A stretch of DNA of 64,000 nt, from the NCBI GenBank assembly GCA_037447605.1, contig CM074808.1, forward strand, positions 1,984,001 through 2,048,000, written 5' to 3'. Made by a program: the position numbers and the translations under genes. This document shows positions 1 to 14,697 of this stretch, in pieces. The DNA comes from Zygnema circumcarinatum SAG 698-1b (taxonomy: Eukaryota; Plantae; Zygnematophyceae). Numbering within the stretch: the first letter of the stretch is position 1; each line of letters starts with the position of its first letter. The notes below the pieces were generated by a model. It was not told the DNA's origin. It saw nothing but the letters and a program-made list of their open reading frames with translations, and made no database searches.

Positions 1-157
1 CTGATTGGTTCCTAACTAATACCGTACGGAAGACTTGACATCGTACGGTACGGTACCTTGTGTGTCGATTTCGGGCCTGCGTGCCTGCGCTGCATGGATG
101 GATGGATGGGTGGATAGATGGAAAACAGATTTCTCCTTCTCACGTAGAGCAAGGAAA

Positions 158-305
158 ATGGCATTGAACTCACGATGGCGAGGCAAAAGACAAAAGACAA
201 AAGACAAAAGCAACATGTGGAACCACGAGGAACTGGTCGCAAAGGACCTAAGAACAAAAGACAAAATCTAGGAACGGAAAACTACGCCTCGGCGCAACAA
301 CGCAG
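158..305 (+). repeat. Dispersed repeat, copy 1 (second copy at 27525-27668)
   Basis: Shared blocks TGGCATTGA-CTCACGATGGCGAGGC, GGAACCACGAG-AACTG, GCAAAGGACCTAAG-ACAAAAGA and CGGAAA-CT-CGCCT-GGC-CAACAA. Confidence 0.8.
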
Positions 306-707
306 CCCCTAGAAGCAGCCGAATCACATGGTCATTCTGCAGCGGCGGAGGGGCTCGCCCTTGTTCTCACTGATTTTGCCCTTCTCTGCGCTTTATGTGG
401 CTGCCAAAAAGGCGCATTTCTGGGAGTGGCTGTATTGATACATGTCAATAAAAGACGAAAACAATTGAGGAACACAAGTTTTTACGATAAAAGCTAAAAT
501 TAAATCGTGGTTACCATATGAAATTGAACGAACTCAAATGAAAGAGTATGTGTAACAGCAGCAGCAACACTACTGTGACAACACATGCAATTATTTACTG
601 CCCAAATCCGTTTCTTCGAGGCAACCATTTAAAAATAGACCACAGAAACCAAGAACCTGAATACTTCGTTCAGTCAAAATCAATAAAGAAACAACACTAT
701 CCGTTGT

Positions 708-3420
<2,713 letters not shown>

Positions 3421-3811
3421 GGCCGCAAGAGCCTGGTGGAGCGAACCAACGACCTCAAGTGCTTCAAGAGGCGAGATATGAATCTCTCTCCCTCAGGTTT
3501 TAGTTTTTTAGGGGGGGAACCTTAGGTTTTAGTGGGGGAAGATTGTGAAGGTTGATCGAGCCTTCAAGTTTGGAGTTCAGAGGTTTAGGGCGGGGGCCTA
3601 TCTCAGGCGCTCTCCATGCACGCAGTTCAGTTCCCCGTCAGACGACAGTTGAGGAACAAGCTCCCGTTCCGTTGGCTCAGGAAGAATATCCTGAGATTTC
3701 TCCCCGGCAGATCTTTTTGGGGTTATAGATTCACCAAATCAGATAGTAAAGACCAGATCTGACTTTCGTATCAGATTGTCTGTACGGCTAGTATCAAAAC
3801 GATTTACAGTA

Positions 3812-4297
3812 CAGTCAACAGTCCTCATATTTTCGCCATGGTTTTGGCAAATATGAGGCGAAAATATTGATTTTTGCAAATAGATGGTTCGTGTTACCAA
3901 TAGACGGGCGGTATTGTTAGCGTTCATGTTGAACCGTACGTATCGTACCGTACCATATCGTACCGTATCGTACCGTGTCGTTCAGTATCGTGTCGTATCG
4001 TGTCGTATCGGAGCCAAAAAGGAGGAAAGACGAGCGAGCGCCTCGTACGCCGGCACGTGCGGGAAGATTCGGTGAGTTTTGCTGAAGCCCGTAACGGCTA
4101 GTACAGCAAGTACGGCAAGTACGGCTAGTAACGGTTTTTAAGTTTTTTAGGGTTTCTAGGGTTTTAGGGGTACGGATATTACGGGTACTACGGCTAACAC
4201 AGAGTTACCGTACAAAAAGGTGGTTTCGGCAAAATCGGGGCGAATTTCTTGGGGACGCTCTACTGTACAGGGTGGAAAATATGAGGACTGTTGACTG
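3812..4297. mobile_element. Non-autonomous Tc1/mariner-pogo-type MITE, copy A (486 bp)
   Basis: 23-bp perfect TIR CAGTCAACAGTCCTCATATTTTC / GAAAATATGAGGACTGTTGACTG, with TA on both sides (3810-3811, 4298-4299). Interior has ATCGT/ACCGT pentamers. Subterminal sequence is shared with copy B. Confidence 0.85.
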
Positions 4298-4323
4298 TAC
4301 GAGAATCTCTCATGAAAGATCTT

Positions 4324-5381
4324 GGAAAATGATACAGCGGCCCCACTTTTTGGATATCGGCGCCCCCTTTTGGGAAAAAATGTACTTCTTTTTTTGGCTA
4401 ATCACCCCCCCCCCCCTTGGATCTTTCGGGAGGAGAGATCTTGTAGCCAATCGGACCCCGCGCATCGCGCGCAGGATCCGACTGTGCACCGACGTACGGC
4501 GCCGCGCATCGCGGCGCGGCCCGCGAGATGCGGCGAGCCTACGGAAACGTTGTCCTCACCTGACCCTTTTGGGTCAGAGGTTGCCACGTGGCAGTCTTCC
4601 ATTGGACAGCCCTGCTGCCGGTCCCCCATGCCGATACAGTGGACCCCCATAATATTTTCGCCATGGTTTCGGCAAATACTGGGCGAAAATTTTGCATTTT
4701 GCAAATATAAGGTCCGTGTTACCAATAGGCGAGCGGTATTATGTTAGAGTTCATGTATGTATGTATGTATGTACGTATCGTATCGTATCGCATCGTACCG
4801 TGCTTTTAGATACACGAGCTCCTATTGGTGCCGTAAGTACACCGTACGATTTAGAGATTTTATTCGTACTTACCGTACAGCGTAAAAGCGTGACCCATGT
4901 TTGAAATCCGTTTCGATTAACAGATTTTGTATTAGAGAATAGGTCAGGTTAGGTTAACACCCCTAATACGTTAACATTGAGTTACCGTACAAAAAGGTGG
5001 TTTCGGCAAAATCGGGGCGAATTTCTTGGAGACGCACTGTACAAGGTGGAAAATATTATGGGGGTCCACTGTATCGGCATGGGGGACCGGCAGCAGGGCT
5101 GTCCAATGGAAGACTGCCACGTGGCAACCTCTGACCCAAAAGGGTCAGGTGAGGACAACGTTTCCGTAGGCTCGCCGCATCTCGCGGGCCGCGCCGCGAT
5201 GCGCGGCGCCGTACGTCGATGCACGGTCGGATCCTGCGCGCGAGGCGCGGGGTCCGATTGGCTACAAGATCTCTCCTCCCGAAAGATCCAAGGGGGGGGA
5301 TGATTAGCCAAAAAAAAAAGTACAATTTTTCCCAAAAAGGGGCGCCGATATCCAAAGAGTGGGGCCGCTGTATCATTTTCC
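4324..5381. mobile_element. Foldback / MULE-like long inverted-repeat element (~313-bp arms) with a MITE at its centre
   Basis: 4324-4636 is the reverse complement of 5072-5381 with only a few differences. Ends are GGAAAATGATACAGCGG / CCGCTGTATCATTTTCC. AAGATCTT flanks both sides (4316-4323, 5382-5389) and is a possible 8-bp TSD. Confidence 0.8.
4637..5071. mobile_element. Non-autonomous Tc1/mariner-pogo-type MITE, copy B (435 bp)
   Basis: 23-bp perfect TIR CAGTGGACCCCCATAATATTTTC / GAAAATATTATGGGGGTCCACTG with TA flanks (4635-4636, 5072-5073). Shares GAGTTACCGTACAAAAAGGTGGTTTCGGCAAAATCGGGGCGAATTTCTT and the left subterminal block with copy A. Confidence 0.85.
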
Positions 5382-5419
5382 AAGATCTTAGTCCCTTATC
5401 ATTCGTACAAATTGGATCC

Positions 5420-8400
5420 ATGCACAGAACACGCCGTCGCAGTTTGTCGGCTGAGTCCAGTTCCTGGAAACGGAGCGGCGCTTCCCTGCCAGCCGGCGGC
5501 CTGCCCAGCCAGCAGATGCTGCAGATTAGGGTTAGCGGGAGAGTGGCAGGGCTTGGCCCTCCCTCCCTCACTCCCCTGCACCATGGGCTGCTTCTCGTAG
5601 GCAGGCAGGCAGCTAGCTCGCCGGCGTGCCGGAAGGGGGCAGGTTTGGAAGGTGGATTTATGCCATTGCCCGCGCTCTCTTTTTCCAGGCGTCGTCTCTC
5701 TCTTCGCTGCCTTCCTTTCTATGCTGTCAGCTCAGTGAAGCAGGGAGGTTTGTCAGCTCCGCCAAGAATGGCGTCCGCATGGAAGCAGCTTGGCTCCCAT
5801 CCTCGAGTGCAGGCCTTGGCGGAATCGCCTGCTTGTAGCGGCGGCAAACTCTTCCAGGAAACGCATCCTGCTGCGTATGGCTCACTTGCAAAGGATGGAT
5901 ATTTGTGGGGCAGCGTGAACAGGTTTAAGGAGGGCTCCACTGTGATCCCTGAGAATGTATCATTATTTGGCAGAGCAATCAGATATGGAGAGCATTCTCA
6001 TGAGCTCGACAAAAAAAGCATCAATTCCTCGAATAAATCATATTGTGGGCAGTCCAACCGTCCATCTGCACTGAACAGTGCTCGATGGAAAAAAACTGGA
6101 GCTTTGCGGAACGATGGGAGGTCAGAAAATTGGAGAACAATTCGGTAAGATTTTCCCCGGTGGATTAGTGAGCTGTCATTTTTTTCATGAGCTGAGCTTA
6201 TACGGGGCACCAGTATTCCTTAACTTCTGAATACCTTGGAGCAGGAATCATCCAAGACTCAAATGCTTACAACAGACTGGCAAACCCCGCGTTGATTCTT
6301 CGTGAACTCATGCTTTGGCAGAGCTGCAAAAGGCGGGTCTTCAAGTACGTCATCAGGGGCTGCAGATTCAAAACCTGCACTTCGGAAGGGGGTTATGGTA
6401 GAGATTGAACGTGATCAAAACAAAACCTGCTTAGTGGTCGTACAGCGACCGGATGGGAGGAAAAATTGGATTACGATGGACCAGGTCCTTTCATTTGCTT
6501 CGCTTTTTTCGTTTTTAGAGCTAGAAAGTATGGCATAAGTAATTCATTGATTGAAAAGAGAATGTCAATAGCTCAAGGATGAGTCAACTTCAAACAACAC
6601 TGTTTCTTGCCCTCCTCAACTTTTTGTTTGCACTGCACAAAAACTAGTGGAACAAATCCATCGGCGTACTTTGCTTAGTTGGTCTGAGTGGCAGTAGCTC
6701 ACACCGTAGAATTTATCAAATTTACACATGATAGTAATTATACGTATCGTCAATGCTTGAAATTTAAAATTCAGGCCACTATGTTCTGACCAAAACTACT
6801 CCTTCCACAACGTACCTTTTGTTTGAACATCTGCTCATGCTCACCTGAGCTGAATCTGGGATGTTGGGACAGCATGGCAATACTTTCTCAGTAAGGCCTC
6901 AGCAGGTGGAATTTATAGTCCCAGGCTCTCAAGAGTATACGCCCAGCGACATAGGCGCCTTTCTCCAGCAGGCTGCAGCCATTGAGGTATTTTTCCGATA
7001 ACTTGCAGTGGCATAGCGGCATGCTGCAAACCTTTCTCTTGACTATGGCAGTCTGCCTCTATAATGGAGCCTACGATGGGCATAAAATCGTGCTGGTTTG
7101 TTATTGGGTCGTTTGGAATATGCCAGTCATAGAAGGGCATAGAATTCAAAGCTGTCAACTATGGCGCTGGAGACACATCTGGCAAGTGGACTACCCACTT
7201 TCATGGAGTGGGTTCACGAGTACTTGGGAGCGTCAATGTGTTTCTTGGGAATGAATGGTTCATACTGGCGGAATAAGGGGTGTGGCAATACAAAGCAGTG
7301 GGGATGTCTACCGTGTTGTGTGGGAGCCCTTAATGATGTGGCAACTGTGAGATAAACTTTGAAAACATGTCAAAGACGTAAAACTGGTGAGGAGAAGTAG
7401 TGATATTGCTGAAACTGGATGATCAATGCGTTTCTGGATGGCAATAGGAATTCACGACTATTCCAGCGAGTTCATTGACGGCTGAGCCGGCACTTTCTCT
7501 TTTGATGGTTACAGTGATTGAGAAACGTGTAAATTTTCTTTGAGGGCATCTCTTTCCTTTGCATGAGCGTGTGTGCTGATCTTGGGAGTTGCAGGTGGCA
7601 GGATCCCTCGATGCTGGAGCTGGTATGGTCCGAGTTGCTTGCAGAAAATGGCACTGTCAACGCGGAGGAATTAGCTGAGGTATGTCAGGCGAGGCTTTCC
7701 GCTGTGTGTCCTCAATGTGGGTGATGTGAAGCTGTTGTGATGTTGTGGTCAACAGTGAATATGTGGTCAGGCTCTAAGCAGCACTGGTTCTGCCAAAAAA
7801 AAAGGATTTTCCAAAAACTTAGATTGTCGAGCTGATGTATGTATTTTATTAGGGAAGAAAATTGTAAACTCTTTTGGGAATTATGAGGATAAATAGCGCT
7901 TGACTAGAAAAGAAGCGCATCCTCCCGAAGCAGTCTGAAACTTTTGAGAATCCTGTAACATTGGGGGGAAACTAATATAGCTGGTCTTTTGCGGAAGCGA
8001 ACAATTGGAGAAGGCAATGATAGTTCATATCTGCAAGGCCTCATTAGGCTTGCTCTTTTGTTCATAGTCTTTGGCACGGTAGTTCCATGCTTCATTTAAG
8101 TAACAGCTAAGAGAAAATGGCCGTGAAGCAGACACTCTTGATGCCATTAACAGTTTTTAAGACATCTTTTTCAGCAACAACATCGAAACGGTCAGCGGAA
8201 GTAATGCTTAAATTTTCTTTTTCTGGGTGGGGTCACAGCTTCTCTTTGTGGGCAGTGGGCCAGTGGAGTGCTTTGCGGCACATCGCCTCTTGATGGCTGA
8301 CAGGCTGTATTTTAAACGCCGGAAAGGAGTTGAACTAGTTTTTGAGCCACGTCCAGCTCATCAGGTAATTTCTGCCAAAACATATTGGTTACGAGCGTTG

Positions 8401-11400
8401 TGATCTCTGGAAGCTGGACACCTGCGAAAAGTAAAAAAGCAGAAATGACGGCTGGATATGGCCAATTAATCTTCACAAGCCTTCAGTTATTCTATTGTTT
8501 ACTGGTGGAGTTGTAAGAATGTTTCATATCTCGTGACTTCCAGTGTCTGCCCTATCAATTAGATCTGCCAATGTTCACATTATGCTTGTGACTGAAGAGC
8601 TTGAATGATTTACCTCCAGAAACCGTTTCTTACTGCTACATTGTTGTTTTGCCCTCAGTTCTTTTTTACCTTTTTTGTTCTTGTTTTAAATCAAATGTGT
8701 GAGAGAGAAAGGATGGTATTGCTTGGAATTCTCAATCTTTTATTGGGTTTTCTGCTGTTCATGGAGTGTGCGTTGATGTGAACATTGATTACGAGGCGAT
8801 GTATTTCTTTTCTGTTTTTCTTTTATTTCGTTCTTTCTTTCTTTTCTTGTCTTTTTTTTTTTTTTTTTGTATCCTCATTCATGAGCAGATGCGCACACAC
8901 ATAGGGAATGGGAGAGAGAAACAGTGAGAGGGAAAACGCTGACATGAGCAGTGGCCGGCAGGCATATGCCAGCTGGGAGATGCACATGGAGTTATCATTG
9001 GATCAATTATTGCAGTTCTTCTGCAAGTCCTAGCTGAGATTCGTTTGCAAACGTTATGCAACTGTTGGCCAGATGCGATGATGCACGCAATCAGCCAAAT
9101 TTTGTTGTGTCTGTGAAGGTGGAAGAGCTGAAGGCAAAGCTGGCAGCTGAAGAAGCGATTCAAGTCACGAGGCAGCGTTTTGTGGATGCTGTTCAAGCAC
9201 TTCTGCAGAAGAAGCCTGAACAGAGGGCTGCCAGCTGGAAGCTGGACCCCCTTGCGGCGACTGTGGTGGAGGTCCTGCGTCCCTACGCTTTGGAACTGCA
9301 AGGAACAGACAACAAGACTGCAGAGAAGGTGGGAGTGGTCTCCCCGTTCTGCAATACAGGCTGCTTAGTTGAATCTGAAAGAGTCTGGTGAAATGGCTGA
9401 GAATGGCCTCTGTATTGCCTGTCAGGTTCAAGCCATGCCACCTTCCTAACCGAATATGGGCTTTTGCATTTTCTCTCTTGTTGGATCGCAGTACCTTGAA
9501 ATGCTTGGAGTGCCACGTTTGCCGGATACGGCCCGCAATCTTCTTGTCCGCATGGGAGTGCTACCTCGTCATTATAATCTTGAGCTCCTCCGTTCAGATG
9601 CATTGCGGGCGTTTCCTGACGAGGTTTTGCAAGCAGCCGAAGATACCCTGAATAGTCCACAACCCGATCCAGATGAGGTATCTACCGGATTCTCTTAGAT
9701 GACAGATTGTTTTAAGAACTTTGGGAATGTTACTTCTTTCACTTGTAAAGCCTGAGTTTCAAAAGAAGATCACTGTCAATCATTAAAGCTATATTCAAGG
9801 ATCTTTAGCTCAATTGGTTAGAGCACTCGGCCGATAATCGAGGAACGTGGGGAAAGCGATGGGCGTATGTGAACAGTGTTTTCTGATTGCAGCGAACGCG
9901 AGAGACATGTACCTTATTTAGAAATATTGAGCCTGTCTGTTTGACTAATCTAGCATTTGCAAATCCTATAGTAATGGAAAGCTTATGAAAGCATATCATG
10001 TCAGTTGCATACGAAGAGTGATGGCTGGTTGAAAGTTGTGCGCTTGACATAGTTGGGGTTCCAAGGGAGTGCAGGCTCTGCGTGTGGACCTTACGCACTT
10101 GAAGGTTTATACTATCGATTCAGATGATACAACTGAGGTGAGAAGATTTCTAGTGTGCAAATTTTTTGTATTTGGGACGACAGGCACTGGGAAAAAGGGA
10201 GATTGGTCGGACAATGTGGACTTCAAGTGAGGTCTTCTTGAGCTGCCAATAATATTCTCAAGCTGCGATTCACCATTAATATTATTGCATGGAAATGGAG
10301 TTGCAGATAGATGATGGGCTCAGCATTGAAGAACTGGAAGACGAGAAGCTGCGTGTATGGATCCATGTTGCAGATCCGGCCCGCTGGATTATGCCTCGTA
10401 ATCCGCTCGATAGGTAACTTTCATGTACTCAAAGCGGTTTATGACATGAGAACAAGGATACGAAAGCAAGCCAATCTGAGATATGGTGGTTGAGAGCTCC
10501 TGAATGTCACCGTAGACTATGCAAGAAGTGCATGCACTGGCAGGATGCTACGACTTCCCGGGCAGGTTACTTATCCATGCATGTGTTTGCTACAGGGAAG
10601 CACAAAGGCGTGGCACTTCGATTTATTTATGTACTGGAAAAGTGACCATGTTTCCAGGGGAACTTGCTGCTGGCCCCATGAGTCTCATACAGGGGCAGCA
10701 GTGCTGTGCCATGACCGTGCGGGCAGATTTGCTGCCGGACGGAAGGTGTGTATTGGCCGTCGCCCCTCGACTCAGCAAAGCTGTTGACGTCTTAGATGCT
10801 GTCATTGGAGCAACTCAGATATGCCATGAGATTTAGATATCCAGACTTCAGAACAACACATTTTTGGGTGATGTTGTAACCAGCATCCAAGTCTTGACTA
10901 TAGAAGCTATTCGTTTTCCTGTCTTAGAGTTGATTAGATGTAGAAAGGACTAGCCATAAAAAGTGGTAACTTCCTACTAGAGACGAAGGGACCTCATGAT
11001 TCAGGGCATGTTGCACAAGGAAAGTTTGGGACGTCGCAGATGGTAGTGTGAAGTAGGCTTGGAATGACATGGAGGGGTGGCGGGATCTAACCTGACAGAT
11101 TGGCAGAATGCCAAGTGATGAATTCGTACATTGTGCCAACGTATCGGCTTTCATACAATGATGTGGACGATATTCTTTCTGCGGCGGCTGTGGAGGAGCC
11201 TGAGCTAGGCCTCCTCGCAAAAGCAGCAATTCTTCGACACAAAATGCGCATGGCCAAGGTATGGGGCCTTGCATTGTACAGTGCTCCAATGTCGCATTTT
11301 GTGTTGTATGCACGGCCTTGCTTCTTTAAAGAAAAAGTGCAGAGTGCAGAGTCAGTGTATCAACCTTCTCGCTCCAGCAACAGTCAGTAAAACCTAGGGT

Positions 11401-13019
11401 AAAAAATGCGACATCATCCAAAAATGCTCAGACTGCTTTGACCTGGGTTTTTGCCAGGTGTAGATTCCCGCTTAGATCGCGTATTAGGATTTAAGCTTTT
11501 CAGTCCCTTCCCTGCTACTTTGAGTTGAAGTGATGTCTGGTTTTTGCATCAATAGCCAGGCAACCCCACTCCCACAGCTGCTGAATTGGGGTATGCGTTG
11601 GTCCCTGACCTGTGTGCGCGTCCCCTATCTCTTTCGTCCAGGGAGGTGTAGAGATTTCACTCCCAGCGAGTGACATATCAGTAGTCGAACCCGACAGCAA
11701 TGAACCCGAGATCGTCATAGAAGTGTCGGATCAGACATGGCTGCCTCGCCGCCTTGTTTCCGAGATGATGGTGCTGTGTGGAGAAGCCATTGCGCAGTTT
11801 GGACGAGAGCAGGGTCTGCCACTGCCATATAGAGGCCAAGCACCTCCCGACTTGCCGGAGCCGTGGGAGATGCAAGGAGTGCCGAAGGGTCACTGCACAT
11901 CTGTGCATTTGCGGCGCTTTATGACAAAGATTGAGATTAATTGCAAGACTCCCATCAGGCACGCTTCCCTGGCTCTGAATGGCTATGTGCAATTTACTTC
12001 GCCCATCAGACGCTATGGCGATTTGTTAGCACATTACCAGGTGGGTGCTTCCTGGTTCTCTCAGCAATTGTAAACTGCAAGTGGACTCGAGTGAACACCA
12101 ATCATCACTACCTTGGGTGTACTTGACGACCTTCGTATTGTCCAGATGTCCTTCTGGAGTTTGTACTGTGCTGATTCAATTACTGAAAGACTTTCAATGG
12201 ACAATGCAGGTGAAAGCTGCTTTGCGAGGTGAGAAAGCCTCGTTTTCAAGCGATGATTTGGAAGACATCATTGCTCGCATATCAGTTCGCATGAAGGAGG
12301 CTCGCCGTCTTGAAAACTTTGCTGAAAGGTACTGGCTTTTGGAGTATTTGAGAAGGCAGCCCCATGACGAAGTCTTCTCAGCAATAGCCCTGCGCTGGAT
12401 TCGAGAAGATGACCTCTTGTCTGTCTTCATAATCAAGGTGCGCTCCCTTCTTGAACGACAAACATGTTTCTGCTGTGGCTCGGTAGCGTATCTGGCATGC
12501 TTGGCGTACATTCTGTAGTCTGGAGTCGTTGTGCATGATCAAAGTTAAAAGTGAGGCTAGACTAGACGGTCTTTAATGGCCTCACCCAGCTTCTACGCCT
12601 GCTTCTGTTTGTTGTTCTTGCAGCTGGGGTTTGAGACACTTATGAAAACAACACGGAAAGTGAGAGTGGGAGAGGCGCTGGACCTGGTGGTGGTTGAGGC
12701 CGATCCGCGGAGGGACATTCTGAGATTGCAGGAGGCAGCTCCCTATCAACGAGCACAGCAGCCTCTCACTTCTCTTGTGGAGCCACTTCACTCAGCTTCC
12801 CATCTTGACGAGGCCCAGCTTACTTCTGTAGCCTTTGTAGGGAGTACCAGTGAAGGTGCAGATGCTAACGGAACTGAAGTGCGGAGTGCAGAGGACGCAT
12901 TTGGGGATCATGAGATGGGAAACAGCGCATGGCAAGACTGCGCAGAGAGAGGCAACGGTGTGCATCCTGGAGGGACGGACAGCCCTTCCGAATACGTAGA
13001 GGCGACCTCGTTGACTTAG
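5420..13019 (+). CDS. RNR1: Organellar ribonuclease II/R (RNB domain), RNR1/At5g02250-like; about 14 exons; start codon uncertain (5420, 5660 or 5768)
   Basis: RNB motifs assemble across introns: RVDLTHLKVYTIDSDDTTE|IDDGLS, VWIHVADP, RRGTSIYLCTGKVTMFP, LVSEMMVLCGEAIA, HASLALNGYVQFTSPIRRYGDLLAHYQ, ERYWLLEYLRR. The N-terminus is S/R-rich like a transit peptide. Confidence 0.92.
9799..9850 (+). pseudogene. Truncated tRNA-like fragment (5' half; anticodon GAT, Ile-like) in an RNR1 intron
   Basis: GGATCTT-TA-GCTC-AATTGGTTA-GAGC-A-CTCGG-CCGATAA-TCGAG gives an intact D-arm and an anticodon stem with a 7-nt loop. No recognisable T-arm (TTCGA) or 3' acceptor strand follows. Confidence 0.65.
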
Positions 13020-14697
13020 AACCTGTAAATAATGCAATTTTTTTTCTTGCCGCAAAAGTGAGATGTCCATTCTTTTATTCCGTAGACAACAGAGGATCTT
13101 TGACAGTGGCAAGTTCATGTTATTACAGTTTTCACAGCCCGTGGGATTCTCAATGAACAGCAGCAATACACAGCGCACGTATGGAGTAAGTTCTCAAAAG
13201 AAACATCTTTCACAAGCGGAATGTTAAGTCCATTTGCAGCCTTGGTCCAATCGCTAAAACACAGTAACAGTAACATAGTAAACGTAAACTAAACAGTTTC
13301 TTTCATAAATGCTGTTCTCCCACACGAGTGACAACAGCTCGGCATAGAAAACTATGAAGAAAGTTGGGCGTCTTGAAGCTCAGAGCCAGTGGATCGACTC
13401 TTCTGGTGATTGGACTCGAAAGTTCGAGAACGACGTGTGAAGGAAACTGGAGGGACTTTATGTCTTGTCTGCTGCTCAAGGTGAAAAGATAGTGAGACTT
13501 TTGCTCATTCTGACATCAGATTTTGCAACATTTGACCTTGCCAGAGGGGCTAGATGTCCAGGTACATCAACACTTTTCCACTTCAACACTCGTAGGTGTG
13601 GCCATGCCTGTGCGAAACCTGTGAACATGCAGACCTTCCATCTTGAGCCCTAAAAGCGCAGTTCGTCCTTCTGAGGATGCCGTCAGAGCATCGACATGGC
13701 CGTGAAGACGGCTGCATGCTCCACGGATTCTACCAAGAGGGAACCAAACTCGTGAGGAATGCGAGCTTTTAGTCCGGGTGTTCTTTTTTTAGTAGCCTAT
13801 GTTAGCGTTTTTATGAGTTCTTGCTTCTGCTGGGGCTCAAATCGCTAGCTTGAAGGTCGGATGCAGACTGGATGCCGGCAGGGTCAGTTATAACCCAGCT
13901 CCCATCTGGCAACATCTGGCAACATCTGGCAACATCCAAAACAGGGACAGAGTCAAATCAGCTGCAAAGCGGTCCCACTTGCCCTTCCTCCCTTCCAAAA
14001 CGCGATCGCCCTCCTGAAAAGACTGTGTTTGATGCCTTCATATCTGATAAAGCAACATGCCCATCTAATACCCTTTGACGATGCTTGTGTGCAAAAAAAG
14101 GGGGAGACAAAGCCTGTGCGTCAATGGCACGTTTCTTATTAGAGCAAGAACGAGTTCTGGGCGTCTCACTGCTTTTTATGAGGGCAGCTCCAAGCCTGAC
14201 GGCGGGCGATCGTACACACCTCCCACGTTTGTCTGCTCTGTCAAGGATATGGCTCCTTCTCCAGGCCATGATCATGCATTTGGATATACTAGGACTCTCA
14301 ACTTAGCCCTCGGTTGTTTAGATCAGGGAGTTTGAGGTCATCCAGAGCATGGCTTAGGCTTGATTGCGTGCCGAGCTACATGTAGCTATGTGTCTGTCAT
14401 TTCGAAGACTCCACACCACCATCGATGTCCATACTCATTCCTTCCGTCACTTTCCCTTTTGTTACCTCGCCTTCTCCCTTTCCCTTCATCGAGTTAGTCG
14501 TTTCTTTCTCAAGAGTTTCAAATGGGCAGCTCACTACTTGCTGCGGAGGCTTCCTTGCATCGTCAATCATATTGAAGTCCGACATGATGCCAATGAACAA
14601 AAAAACAACGCCAAAGATCAACCCTTCTGCGACGTCTCGTCTGTAACAAGTTTCAAGGCACTTTTATCGATATCAGTCGATCGGCCAGCAGCGTACA

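Noticed and set aside
3934-4010. Short periodic repeats here and at 23733-23870 and 62318-62358 as a possible CRISPR-like array
   Set aside because: They are simple pentanucleotide microsatellites without unique spacers, in a eukaryotic context with no cas genes.
4272-5571. Mirror-image ORF pairs (MENDTAAPLFG..., MGVHCIGMGDRQ...) suggesting duplicated genes or an invertible switch
   Set aside because: They are by-products of the GC-rich inverted repeat. There is no domain similarity and no recombinase or transposase in the window.
13903-13936. Three tandem copies of CATCTGGCAA
   Set aside because: A short slippage repeat in intergenic DNA with no further structure.
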